The notes beneath the pieces were generated by a model. That model was not told the DNA's origin. It searched no databases and saw only the letters and a program-made list of their open reading frames with translations. A DNA stretch of 60,803 nucleotides, filler included, from Basidioascus undulatus (lineage: Eukaryota), in the NCBI GenBank assembly GCA_000826855.1. It is 6 parts of 6 records of this genome, joined end to end, with 100 filler letters (N's around TTAATTAATTAA, not from the genome) between each part and the next. Parts side by side here need not be neighbours in the genome. Positions count along the whole stretch, not along the records: positions 47,442 to 54,074 come from JTLS01001704.1; positions 54,175 to 60,803 come from JTLS01001705.1; 4 more parts are not named here. One strand, written 5' to 3'. A program made the position numbers and the translations under genes. This document shows, in pieces, positions 49,236 to 60,803 of the stretch. The stretch's first letter is position 1. Each line of letters begins with the position of its first letter.

Positions 49236-49696
49236 GGTCGACGGACGGCGGAGGTGATGATGGAGGGAGAACACAACGGAGTCGGGGGGGACTCGCGGAC
49301 ACCCGAGCGCTGCAGCGGACTTCGCGGCGAGACGTCGGCCAGGTCGCGCGGGTAGGCGCGGCGCGGGTGCCGGTGGGAAGATACCACATTAGGTGCGGTA
49401 TAGGGTCGTCCTTTTGCATTCAACGGTGTATTTTCTCTGTCAAAACAAAGTCTGTAGGCCAATTGGTCAGACTAGACTGTTGTCCGATGCGGTAACTTTC
49501 CACTCCCCCGCGGCGTCACCTCCTCCCACGCTCGCGCGTCGGGACACTCCACCGAGCCTCGTTCCCTTCTTAACGTCACCTCCCTGGTCTTCTCCGAGCA
49601 CTGCGAGCTTCCCTTCTTTCCCGCTTCTTCCAACCTGCATTCCCCCATCCAGTCCATCTCATACCCGTTATAACTACCGATACAACCACACTCACC

Positions 49697-50901
49697 ATGC
49701 CGCGCCTGCTGGCCTCGTACAACCTCGCCCTCAAGCGGTACGTCCTTGCTGAAGAAGATCGAGTTTATGCAAGGAGGCTGATTGCTGGATGGACTTTTCA
49801 GCCGTCCCGTGTATTTTTCCTTTTGCTATCGTGGTGCACACTTCCGCGAGCTGAAATGCTATTCGCAGCCTGACGCCCTGCGTGACCGGCGCCGTTTTGT
49901 TTGCGCTCGGTGACGTGCTTGCCCAGCAAGGTGCGTTCTTCCTACGCTTCCTGCTCAGGCGGAAAGCAGCTCATGAAAAAAGAGGGCAGGTGTGGAGAGG
50001 AAGGGTTTGCAACATGACCTGGTCCGGACGACCCGGCTAGGCTTTTACGGAGGGTGCGTCTGATACGAGTGGCGAGAAAATGCGGAGGCAGGACTGACGC
50101 GACAGGGGCGGGACAGGGCTATGTTCTCTCCGTTGGCACTGAACTGGTATGTTCAGGCCACTGTCTTTTAGGTTGCAGTCATCCCGGAAACTCATGAGCG
50201 AACAACAGGTTCAAGCTCCTGGAGCGCATCCCAATCAAGAACAAGCACGCGTTGGCCGCGTCCAAGGTACCGTCATGGCCCTCTCACACCTGGCCAGACG
50301 AAAACCTGAGGGCTTCTATTATTGTGGGAATCTTCAGGTCGCAGCAGACCAAGGCATCTTCGCACCCTTTGCCGTAGGCATGTTCTTCAGTGTCACGACG
50401 CTGTTAGAGGGCAAGGGAACGAAGGAGGTGCAGGAGAAGCTCCAGAACGTGCGTCTTCCTCCCTCATGAACAGTTTGGGGTCAGATATTACGTCCTAAGT
50501 TGCTAACGGACGTGCTGGAGCCAGTCATACGTTCCGACCTTGACGAAGAACTGGGTGCGTCGCATTCTTCGCAACACTGCGGACCTGTCCTTCACCTTCT
50601 GCAACGCCCAGCCACAGTGGCTCGAGTGATGGCTGATATTTTCTAGTTTTGACAGACGCTCTTCGTCCCCTTCCAAGCTATTAACATGTCCGTCATTCCC
50701 CTGCAACATCGTCTTCTCGCCGTCAACATCGTGTCGCTCTTCTGGAATACCGTGCGCCCGCGCTCTCGCCTTCATTCTCCCGAGGATCCCTGGATCTAAT
50801 TGCGTTGCGTCTTCCCTACGCAGTACCTTTCGATCGTGGCGAACCAGCCCGCGGCGCAGGCGCCCGTGAGCGCCCAGAAGGTCGCGGAGAAGGCGCTGTG
50901 A
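49697..50901 (+). CDS. SYM1: Mpv17/PMP22 family mitochondrial inner-membrane protein
   Basis: Motifs YNLALKRRPVLTPCVTGAVLFALGDVLAQQ, DLVRTTRLGFYGG, VAADQGIFAP, PTLTKNW..VPFQAINMSVIPLQHRLLAVNIVSLFWNTYLS. Confidence 0.92.
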
Positions 50902-51312
50902 GGGAGCTGAAGATATGCGTGTTCATCATCGAGCTCCGAGCCTCGCCACTATTATAAGGGCTCGGATAGAAATTCCTACTGGCAAGGAATGGTAGGGGTT
51001 CCAGGATGGTGGTTGTGCGAGACGCAGAAGCTATACAGTAGACCTAGACAATCCCCGCCATTGAGAACATTTCTTGAACGCTGCCCACTCGGGGTCTTCC
51101 TTCATAAGAACAACTTGATATTAAATTGCTTCTTTTCCTACACAGCCAAGGGGACTCCAGAGATGCGAAGCAAGTGCTTAAGGGTGACCAACTTGACAAA
51201 GCACGCACGGAGGCGCCGCGGTTTCTTCCCGCACTAGCCCAGGCGAAGAGAGGAATCAATCCGCCCCTTCTTGTCCCCCGACCCCTTCGCTTAAAACGGG
51301 CCCAACTCGGCC

Positions 51313-54074
51313 ATGCCCAAAGAAGCTTCCCCCGCTGCGCCCTCGACAAGCGCTGCTGCGACTGCGTCAGTCTCGGCGGGCCCATCGAAGGCGGCGTCCA
51401 AAAGGCGATACGGCGACTCTTGCACGGCGTGTCGACGCAGGAAGCGCAAGTGCGACGCGACGCCCGAGACGCCGCCGTGTAGCAACTGCATCAAGAGCGG
51501 GTCGGAGTGTATCTTCCCAGGGTGAGAACACCTTCGTCGAGGGCCTTTTCGGGGTGGTTGCTGAAGGTGGGCCCGGGTGGTTGTCAGGACGAGCGCCCCG
51601 GCGCTGCTGGAGCGGGTGAAGGCGGAGCTGGAGGAGGAACGCTCGCTGCTCCATCAACTCGTCAATGCGCGCGGGGAGGACGAGCGTCGCAAGATGCTGG
51701 AGGAATGGGCGACCAGCCGCGGGGCTCAGGCCCACTCGAACGGGCACGGCGGCGACGCCGGCGAGCTCAGCGTGGACGGATCCGAGCCGGAGCTGCTCAC
51801 GTCCGCGCAGCTACTGCTCTCGCTCAACCCGTCGCACAAAGCTCATGTACGTCTTGAATTCCGTTGCACCACTGACCTCTGAATGCTGACCATCTTATAC
51901 GTCTCATAGACTCCGACCGCCTCGACCTCACACCTCTCTCTCCCGCCGCTTCCCTCGCTGCCCCGTCCGCCGGAGCTCGACGCTCCGCTCAGCAACGTGC
52001 CGCCCGACAGGACCGACATGCTCATGGCGAGTGTGGCGCTTCAGCATAGCTTGGAGAGAAAGGTGTTTGGGGAGATCGGAGTGAGTTACCCTCACTGCAT
52101 CTGAGGAGTGTGAGCTTGCTGACTTTTGAAACTCGACCGTAGGGTGCGGAGGACCCTCGCGCGCCGAGTGCTGAGATGAGCGAGTTACTTCTGAGCACTT
52201 ATTTCTGGTGAGTGTGTTGCTGCATGGTGGGCCTCTACAAACTGGGCGCTGACGGTTACGTCTTCTCAGCTGGCAAGCGCCGCAACACCTTCCTCTCTCG
52301 CGGGCGATATTCATGCGTGCGTCCCACCTTTTCTCGCCAACAAGACGTTTTTACTAATCGGTAGATATACATAGGCGACATGTCCTCCGGCGGACCGTAT
52401 TTTTCGCCCTTTCTCCTCAACGTGCTCTACACGCAGGCGTCGCGCTACCTAGACCCAGAAAAGGGTGGCGACTACTGCGTACGTCTACCTCCGTTTAGTG
52501 TTGCAGCTGTCAGCGTCACTTTACCGCACGTTAATGATCCTCACGATCCTTCCACAGCTCAAGGCTCGCATCCTTCTGGCCGCCGCGCTCGACAAGCCGT
52601 CTTCCATCCCAACCATCCAGGGCTTGCTCATTCTCGGAGGGCGTGACTGCGCACTCGGACGCGTCAGCCAAGGCTTCACATGTGCCGGGATTGCGTGCGT
52701 ACATTCTGATGCTCACCCAGGTTTGACAAGAGTTGATGAACCAAAGCGACGTGGCGCAGGTTCCGCATGATAAGAGACCTGGGATTGGATCGTGACGGCG
52801 CGGAAGAAGGAATGGACGCCATCGATCGCTTCATGCGGAGGAGGGTGTTATGGTGCGCATCCCTCTTCCGTTCACCGCTCAATCAGCGCGTTGACTCACC
52901 GAACGTTCTGTCCGAAGGTCTGCCTACGCCTGGGACAAGTTCATCTCGCTCTCGCTCGGGCGCGCGCCGACGTTCACGAAGCCAGCAGGTGATCCGCCAC
53001 ATTGTACGTACCTCGATGCCTTAATCTTATTGGAGTTTCTCGGTGCTCAACCGGGAATGGGTACGCAGTCTTGGACGACCCAACCGCGCCCCCGAGCGTG
53101 TGGCTTATGTGGTCGCCGGTTTACCCCGAAGGCAAGGCGCCCAAGAGCGTTGAGGGTTACCCGCCCCATGCGGCGCATGACATGCTGACGCTGGAAAAGT
53201 ATGTGGTTGATCTCCCTTGCCATAAGCCCGTCTGCTGACCGAGAAATGGCTCAGTTCATGTCGCCTTTACGTCGTACGTGCTCCCGTGCCGAGTGTGGAG
53301 AATTGCCTCTTACGAAGACGGGTGCACCAGATCGTCGAGGACATCCTCAACTCCCTCTACGTCAATCCGCTACCGGCCTCTGCGCTGCCCGCGTTCGTCC
53401 ACCACGAGCATGACCGTCTCGTAGCATGGCGCGCCTCGCTGCCGGGAAGCATCGCACTTGACGTCGACCCGCTGCCGCACTGGTGCCCGCCGCCGCATCA
53501 TCTCTCTCTGAAGTACGCATAGCCATTTAATTAAGCTATGCAGCTCCCATGAGTTGGCTGAATCGCCGTTCTCCAGCCTGTTGCACCACACGACATGGAT
53601 TCTGCTCTACCGGCCATTCACACTGCCGTCCTCACCCGCGTCTCTACAAGGAGCGCAGGATACTTGCGTCCGGCACTCTACGGCCATCAACCTCCTCTTC
53701 GCCCTGCACGAGCGCACATTCGCGTCCGTAACCTGCTCCTTGCGCGTCTTCCCGCGTGAACGATTTCACTCACAAGAAGTCGCCCCTGGGTAGCTTGACC
53801 AACTTGAACTATATCCAGTCTTACTGCGCGTATGTTTCGGCGACGATCGACCTCGCCGAGATACTCTCGCGCCAGCCTGCGCGTCGTGCGGCAGCGACCG
53901 AGCGCCTCGCGCTGACCTTCCGCGTGCTCGCGCGCGGAGCGGAGCACACGCCCGGAATTCAACGCAGCTTGGCGCTCCTCCGCCAGCGGTTCCACGCCAA
54001 GGTCTTCCAGCCCAGCCGCGCACCGAGCAGGGCCGTTACGCCCACGCCTGCGGACTCGCCGTCCCCGCCGGCGC
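51313..54074 (+). CDS. Zn(II)2Cys6 transcription factor with fungal-specific TF (middle homology) domain; 3' end cut by contig end
   Basis: Cluster SCTACRRRKRKCDATPETPPCSNCIKSGSEC. Middle-region motifs GGPYFSPFLLN, SSIPTIQGLLILG, MIRDLGL and RRRVLW/SAYAWDKFISLSLGRAP. Confidence 0.9.
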
Positions 54075-54174
54075 NNNNNNNNNNNNNNNNNNNNNNNNNN
54101 NNNNNNNNNNNNNNNNNNTTAATTAATTAANNNNNNNNNNNNNNNNNNNNNNNNNNNNNNNNNNNNNNNNNNNN
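54075..54174. other. Artificial contig linker
   Basis: N44-TTAATTAATTAA-N44. Confidence 0.98.
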
Positions 54175-54177
54175 CAA

Positions 54178-54251
54178 CTCTTCAGGTGAGACTTGAACTC
54201 ACAACCTCCCGATTAACAGTCGGACGCGCTAACCAATTGCGCCACCGAAGA
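54178..54251 (-). tRNA. tRNA-Asn(GTT), intronless
   Basis: TCTTCGG/CTGAAGA acceptor stem, GCGC D stem, TCCGA-CT-GTT-AA-TCGGG anticodon arm, GTGAG-TTCAAGT-CTCAC T arm. Confidence 0.93.
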
Positions 54252-54699
54252 CGATGAAAATATCGAAGACAAAGTTACTTGTATCCCAAAGCTATAACTT
54301 ATTTCTGCATTCGAATCGGTTGACAGTCCGATGGGAATGATACAACTGAGCTTGGCAAATTCCAATGAAGGGACTCTTGAACTATAGAGGCTTCCTTGAA
54401 ACCAGGGCAGGCTGCGTCCATTATTGTATCGTCTCAGCTGCCCTGTGCGCTGCGGACGTTCGGGCCGCTCCTCCACCACCGGCAGTGTCTCATGTGCCGT
54501 TCCCGACCCATTCGGGCGCTCACAGACTTGCACCATACACATTCTCGTGACCACTTGCCTGTTCCGGCTGACGGATAGCAGACAAGTACCGGTGACAATT
54601 GCCTGAGCAACGGCGAAGAGAACAACTCGAGTCGTGCCCTCATCGTCGACGATCACTATTCTCGTTCCATACTCCATAACGCAACGCAACACCTCAGCC

Positions 54700-56236
54700 A
54701 TGACTTCCCAGATCAACGTCCCCCCTCCTAAACGCACCATCGCCGAGTGTCATGCCATCCTTACTGGCATGAAAGGAGGTCTGCACGAGACGGAGTACCG
54801 ACTCATTGACGGTCGGGTTCAGAAAGTTTACAAGAACATCTGGTATGCCGCCCAAGGCTCCAAAGCTGGATTCCGTGGATATGCAGCTGATGGTTCAGCA
54901 AATCATAGGCCCAGCTTGAGGGAGTTCTGGCTTGCAGCCGTGCAGGTAGGTCGCTTCACACTATTCACCTGCGAGGGCGATAGCTGACATTTCTTACAGA
55001 ACTTCGGAAGCCGAGAGTGCGCCCTTGGGATTGTTGAACCTATTAACTTCCCTTAGCTGAACTCTGTCGAGCTTCCAGGTACGTCGTCTATGAGAATGAT
55101 CGCCTTACCTACGGCGAAGTCCACGCGCAGGCCGTCGCTACGGCGCACTGGCTGCGCGAAGTTTACGGCTGCCGTGAGGGGGACCGTGTTGCGGTTGTGA
55201 CCAGGAACTATCCTGAATGGAGTACGTCTCTTGGAAGGCTTTCGTCGAAAGCATCTTGCCCTGGTCTAACGCGCTGGATGGACACACTTATCGCCTTCTG
55301 GGTAAGCTGCCGCTTTCTGCTACTACTATCTGTACACCGAATTGCAACTAAACGCAACCGGTACAGGCAACGCATCGTCTCGGCTGCGTCCTGACCGCTG
55401 TGAACTCATGGTTGCCCCCCGACGCGCTTGCTTATTGCCTGCGCGACTCCGGCGCACGCGTAGCAATTGTCGACGACGAGCGGCGCGCTATGCTCACGCC
55501 GCACCTGCTCAGTCTGCATGGCTCCTCGGGCGACTTGCGAGGGCTTGTTGTCGTCCGCGGCGAGACGGGCGGGTTGCCGGGCGTGCGGCTGTGGAAGGAC
55601 CTCCAGGGCGAGTTCCGCGGAGGACCGATCTGCCGAAGGTTGAGGTGGGGCCGGACGAAAATGCTTCGATATTCTTCACGAGCGGCACTGTGAGTATTCC
55701 GTCCGGTATATCGAAGCCTGATGTTGTGCTGACAGTGTAGGGGCTATCCAGACTGGCCTTCCGAAAGGCGTTCTGTCGTCCCAATTGTAGGCTCATACTT
55801 CTTCAATAGATTTGGTAGCGAACCAAATTGATCAAACTTCTTATCAGCCTCACCAACATCCCCAATGCCGTCCTCCCGCCCCTTCGCCGAGCTCTGCGCA
55901 AGGGCGAGAATATCCCAACTCCTGACCTAAACGCTCCGGAAAAAGCCTCGCTAGTGTCTGTACCGCTGTTCCATGTAACCAGTGAGTATGGAGGCGTTAG
56001 TTCTTTGTGTCTATCCGCTAGCCGCTGAGATTGTCTGCATATCGTTTCAGGCTGCCAATCGCTACTTGGGGTCGCAACTTTCACGGGCGGCAAAGTTGTG
56101 CTCATGTACGAGGCTTGAACTATTCAATTTATTGAATTACGCTCATTTTTATAACGGTCGTTCGAAAAAGGTACAAATGGGACACGGAGAAAGCCATCGA
56201 TCTCATCATCAAGGAGCGCTGCACGACGGCGGGCTC
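54700..56236 (+). pseudogene. AMP-binding acyl-CoA synthetase (adenylate-forming enzyme), frameshifted and lacking its C-terminal half
   Basis: Motifs RLTYGEV, GDRVAVVTRNYPEW, AVNSWL, the P-loop IFFTSGT/TGLPKGV, VPLFHVT/GC and KWDTEKAIDLI. There is a frameshift near 55620, and homology stops abruptly near 56236 before the YGxTE, GD and hinge motifs. Confidence 0.8.
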
Positions 56237-56365
56237 AGTCCTTGTTCTTAAACACGCACACATCTTTGCACGCGTACATGTTTGGGTCCAAATTGTGCCA
56301 AGGCCTGACAAAACAAAAGAGCGAGGTTGCACATCTCCGACTGGCGTGACCGACGACGCCACGCC

Positions 56366-57710
56366 ATGCACGACAATCGACAACACGCCGCCTCGCCCAG
56401 CCGCTTGACCGATGGGGTGGCTGATTCCCATCTATTGCAGAGGAGGAGCTCGAACGGCTGGATTTGCAGGTAGGCATGATTCATCTCTGCGACACCCGAT
56501 CACGCGTGCTGAGGTGCTATTAAAGCATCGCAGATTCTACTACGGGCTGGTAGAGGAGGTGATTGAGAAGCGTATTGCCGAAGGAGTGCAGCCCAAGATT
56601 ATGTGGGTGCCGCTGCTGCGCTACTTCGTTTGCTCGGGGGCTTTTCCTAATCTCTGCGGGTATAGGGACGTTGGGACCGCATCTGGAACATTGTACTTCT
56701 ATTCTTCAGTGGGTTTCCCAAGAGACGGTCCACGAACATCTGATTAATATTGCTGCCGCGTAGGGCTATTGAGATCGCTGAGCAGTTCGAGGCCGCCCAT
56801 GTCACGGGCGTCGACCTCGTTCCTGTGCAACCTCAGTATGTCCCTTCTGCACAACCCTTATACTGCATCTAATACTGTACCTATAGGCAGAGACAGGACC
56901 GTCCCCACGAACGTGAACTTCGAGATCTGCGACGTAACGGAAGACCTGAATCTGTTTCCTCGGGGCTTGTTCGACGTGCTTCACGTCCGAACACTGGTTC
57001 TAGGCGTAAGGCATATTCATATTTATGAGCAGGTGACGGACTGGCATGCTCTCGTCTAAGAGGTCCTCCGCATTCTCCGCCCGGGCGGTGTCTTCCTTCT
57101 CGTCCAGCCGCATCTCGTGGCTCTCCTTGACCCATCAAAGGGCATCGGTCCGAACTTCCTCAAGTTCACCACGCTTATAGGCCCTATCTGGTCTAAGCGA
57201 GGCATCGATACCGAACTTCCTCCAAGCAGTACGCTGTCATCCTTCTGACTGAAAGGAACGATGAGTCGACTGACGTGTTTGCTGCTTGAAATCAAGCAAT
57301 ACTCATGGGACCATTGAACCAAAGCCGATGGGACCATTGAAACTTCAACGGTCGCTACGAAACTATCCCAGTCGGGGCCTGCCATCTGGTATGTCCTCTC
57401 TGCAGCCCTCATTCGATTTCAAGTTGCGCTAACCCAATGATCCGAACGTAGAGCCGCGACTGGAGGAGAGATCGGGCGCCTAATGGTGATCGATGGAACT
57501 CAAGCATCATGTACGCCACATTCGCTCCTATCACCGTGCAACGCTGACATGTCGACGACGACACCCTGCGGCAGAGCCATGATCCCCGCTCTGGTCCGCA
57601 CGGGACTCTCCGAGACAGAGCTGCACAATACGCACAGCCACATTCGGGAGGAGTTCAAAAATTACCACACGGTCTGGAGCGCCATGTTTGCTTTCGCAGT
57701 CAAGGCTTAA
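56366..57710 (+). pseudogene. Class I SAM-dependent methyltransferase (LaeA/UMTA-like) with a premature stop
   Basis: Motifs EEELERLDLQ, DVGTASG, VTGVDLVPVQP, VPTNVNFEICD, FDVLHVR and DWHALV*EVLRILRPGG (TAA 57057-57059). A 27-nt intron remnant lies at 57006-57032. Confidence 0.82.
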
Positions 57711-58030
57711 TTTGTGTTGTGGTGGAGTAATGGGGATGCTGTGTTGTACGCTGTAACATACAACGCCGTGAATGTGTTTGCCGGACTGAGGGAACAGGCA
57801 TGGTTTCGAATTTAGATTGAAAGGTCCTTTGTATGGAAGGTCGACGCCGTGTGCCGACTGAAAGCTGATCCGTACTCTCCTCGCAAGCAGCTAGCTCTGT
57901 GTGGTGTCATGTGCATGAAGAGTTTGGACTACTCTTGGCGTTGGACTCTTCAGACTCTGATCTGAAAGACCTCCCTTATTCCCGACCGGCGTCGTCGTCG
58001 CCCAACTCTGGGGCAGACAAAAAGGAAACC

Positions 58031-58102
58031 TTCCCCGTCCGGGAATCGAACCCGGGGCTGGGCGGTGAGAACACCCGATGTTAGCCACTACACCAACGAG
58101 GA
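58031..58102 (-). tRNA. tRNA-Glu(CTC), intronless
   Basis: TCCTCGT/ACGGGGA acceptor stem, GGGTG-TT-CTC-AC-CGCCC anticodon arm, CCGGG-TTCGATT-CCCGG T arm, and downstream oligo-T. Confidence 0.93.
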
Positions 58103-58964
58103 GATGTTAGGATTCTTTTGTTTCACCCTCAATCTCAACATAAGTATAGTGGCTTTGTCCGATCGTGAAGCAGCACTTTCTCGGACAAATAATAGTGTAC
58201 TGGAGTTCCTTTGGGCATTTCATAACAGTCCACTTCGCACTCTCTGCCGCCCTGACCCATTGTTTCCGTGATTCGTTGCCCTCACGCCACCAGTTGCCGC
58301 CAGACTCAGGCTCGCGCGACAGCGGGCAGTGTACGCTACGCATCAAGTCAAATTCCCCGCGGGGGCTTTTTTCATATAAGCGTGTAGCGACGGGAAGTGT
58401 ATATTGTAGCGTACATTCGACGTGATAACAAACGAGTGCGAACCAAGAACGAAGAGCGAACAGCGAACAGCGAAATAGAGATGGTGAAGTGTGGGTTAAG
58501 ATGCGTGTGACAGAAGAGACCGAAAAGCGAACGATGAACATAGGATAACGGGGCGAACGAAGACGAAGACGACGGAACATGCTGAGGTGAGAGGAAGGCG
58601 CGCCCGCGCGCGCGACAAGGAATTCGCGAGAGCCCGAGAAAGTGGGCGTGAGAATTGCGAAGGAAGCCAAGGAAGATGGCGAAGAATGAAGGGTATTAAA
58701 CAATGATGATGTGCGTGTGTGACCGTGTGTGGGCTTTGCTGCAAACGACTTTGCGATGGAGGTGCTGCTGAGCGGTGGGGAACGAAAATGAGATGAAGAT
58801 AAGTGCTGCAGAATCGAAGAATACAAGAGGGGGCGGTGGGAGAGGATAAGGCATGTATGCGGGGGAGAGCTGCATGGACGAGGTCAGCTTCGTTGGCCGG
58901 AAAGGGAGACAGGCGAGGAAGAACGCACGAAGGTCATCGACGAAGGAGCAAGCGTGCTAACCGG

Positions 58965-60803
58965 CTAGAGCGCGCCGACGCCCTGCGGCTCAGGGTGAAA
59001 CGCAGCGTACTCTCCAGGATGGACAAGCGGGCTGGTGGCGGCGTACGGGTCCGGCGTGCCGTCGTCCGGTCCGTGTCCGTTGCCGCCGAGGCCGATGCCG
59101 AGGCCGTAACCCTCGTACGCCGCCGCAGGAGAGTAATACGACGGGCTCTCGGCGCGGCTGCCCGCGTCGGGATCGCGGATGGGCTGGGGGATAGGCAGGC
59201 TGGGCGCGGCGCCCGCGCCGAAGGGGTGGAGGTGCATGCTCGTGTGCTGGCTGAACTCGGGGTAGAGCGCCCCGCCCAGCGCGGACGCCGCGGACGTCGT
59301 TGGCGCTGCGGACGCGGACCGGCCGAGCCCGTGGATGTCGGACGAGAACTGCTGCATCTGCGCGGCGAAGCCCATGTCGGGCGGGGAGGCGTAGCTGGGC
59401 GCGGGGGACGCGGCGTACGAGTAGGCCGGGGAGGACGCGACGTCCGAGGGGGCGGTCGAGTACGCGCGGTGCTGTGCGAGATGCGGATGCGCGTACGGGT
59501 GGTACGCGTGCTGCTGCTGCGGGGACGTCTCGACGATCGCGCCGCCGCCAGACCACGTCCGGCTGCCGACCATCGACGCGCTCCGGAGGGGAGTCTCGCT
59601 CCGGTGCCGGCGCATGGGGCCCGGCCCAGCGGAGAGCGAGGCCTGGTACGTGCCTGCTGCGGAGTGCGGCGAGAGGCGGAAGCGCGCGGGGCTGGACGTC
59701 GCGATGCTCAGGGGCGGGGGGGCCATGCTCCCGTCCGCGGTGCTCGGCGCCGGCGAGGGCGCGTGATAGCTCGCTGCGGGGGAGGGAACGGAGTGGGGGA
59801 CGAACGCACTCGCGTACGGGGACGAGGGGGAGGTGGTGTACTCCTGCGGCGTGGGCGGATGGGTCGGCGGGGGCGGGACCCACTGCGGGGCGGGAACGGC
59901 GAAGGCGCCTTCGGAGGGGACGGAAGGCGGTGTCGGGTAGTAGGTCGGCACGGGCACGGGCGAGGGCGGGGCGAGGTACGGCTGCGGCGGTGGCCCTTCC
60001 TCGGGCGACGAGTCCGCTGGCGTCTCTTCTTCCTCCGGAGGCGTCTCCTCGCCTTCCGCGTCGGCGTCCTCGTCCTTCGGCGCCGCCGTTCCTTCCCGCT
60101 CGCTCTCCTCCATCTCGTCCTCCGTCGAGCCGCCGATTGAGCGCTTCTTCCTCGAGTGCGTCCTGCAACAAGCGCGGCGAGTTGCCAAAGTCAGCATCGG
60201 ATGCCATCTAGGGCAGGTCTACACCGCTAAGCGACGAAAATGGAACGCACTTCACATGTGCTGTCAGGTTATCGCTCCGCGAGAAGCGCTTGCCGCACGT
60301 CGAGCACTCGTACGGCTTCTCCATCGTGTGCGTCCGGACATGCCGCTTGAGGTGCTGTCCGCCGCCCACCACAAGCATCAGCACTCTTATTCCCAACAGC
60401 TCAAGCCCGGGCAGAAGACCAACGCACCTCCAACCGCTTGAATATCCTCCCGCAGCTATACAGCGGGCACGCGAACGCCTTCTGGCCGTTCTCAGCGCCG
60501 AGGATGTCGACCGCGCTCGGGTGGGGGACCTTGCTTCCGGGCGGGGGGACGGGTGCGAGGGGGAGGATCCCACCTGCGGTGGGCGGGCCGCCCGTGCCAG
60601 GGACGAGGGAGGAGGGGACGAGGGGGACGAGCTGATCGACGCCCGGCTGGAGGATGGGCGTGCCCGTGAGGGAGGATGCGGTGGACATCGCTGCTGAGCC
60701 CGGGGACGTCGAGGAGGGGATCGTCAACGGCGGGAGCGCCGGCGCGGAGGACATGCTCTTGCGCTTGCGGGACTGCGGGGGCGGCGGCGGCGGCGGCGGC
60801 GGG
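58965..60803 (-). CDS. STE12: Two-finger C2H2 transcription factor, STE12-like; 5' end (expected STE domain) outside the window
   Basis: [53 protein letters not shown] matches the finger pair typical of filamentous and basidiomycete Ste12 proteins. The STE domain itself is not visible. Confidence 0.7.

Overview
This is eukaryotic, GC-rich, intron-dense fungal DNA. It is most likely a basidiomycete: introns are short GT-AG with CTRAC-type branch sites and there are several micro-exons. The window is not one locus. It is six contigs (1-27132, 27233-33871, 33972-40606, 40707-47341, 47442-54074, 54175-60803) joined by artificial N44-TTAATTAATTAA-N44 linkers, so no synteny can be inferred across the linkers. 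Apparently intact genes are a SAPS-domain phosphatase regulator, meiotic HOP1 (HORMA, S/TQ cluster, PHD, probable wHTH, closure motif), three Zn2Cys6 transcription factors, a GH43_24/CBM35 galactanase, a Zn-macrodomain/class-M sirtuin fusion, ARP8, an RNPS1-like RRM protein, the URG1 3' end, SYM1/MPV17, a STE12-like C2H2 factor and three tRNAs. The most striking features are these. (1) A mitochondrial cox1 fragment (NUMT) replaced the middle of a BSP-family peptidase gene and has unusually GC-rich third codon positions. (2) A shredded tandem HOP1 copy lies next to HOP1, and its changes are mostly synonymous, suggesting a formerly functional second meiotic HORMA paralog. (3) There is a basidiomycete macrodomain-SirTM ADP-ribosylation module. 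(4) There is a 412-bp hAT-type MITE with TIRs and an 8-bp TSD. (5) Deletion-riddled pseudogenes are unusually dense. I found no wholly new multi-gene system that I can support. All family calls come from motif recognition by eye, no database searches were run, and exon boundaries are approximate.
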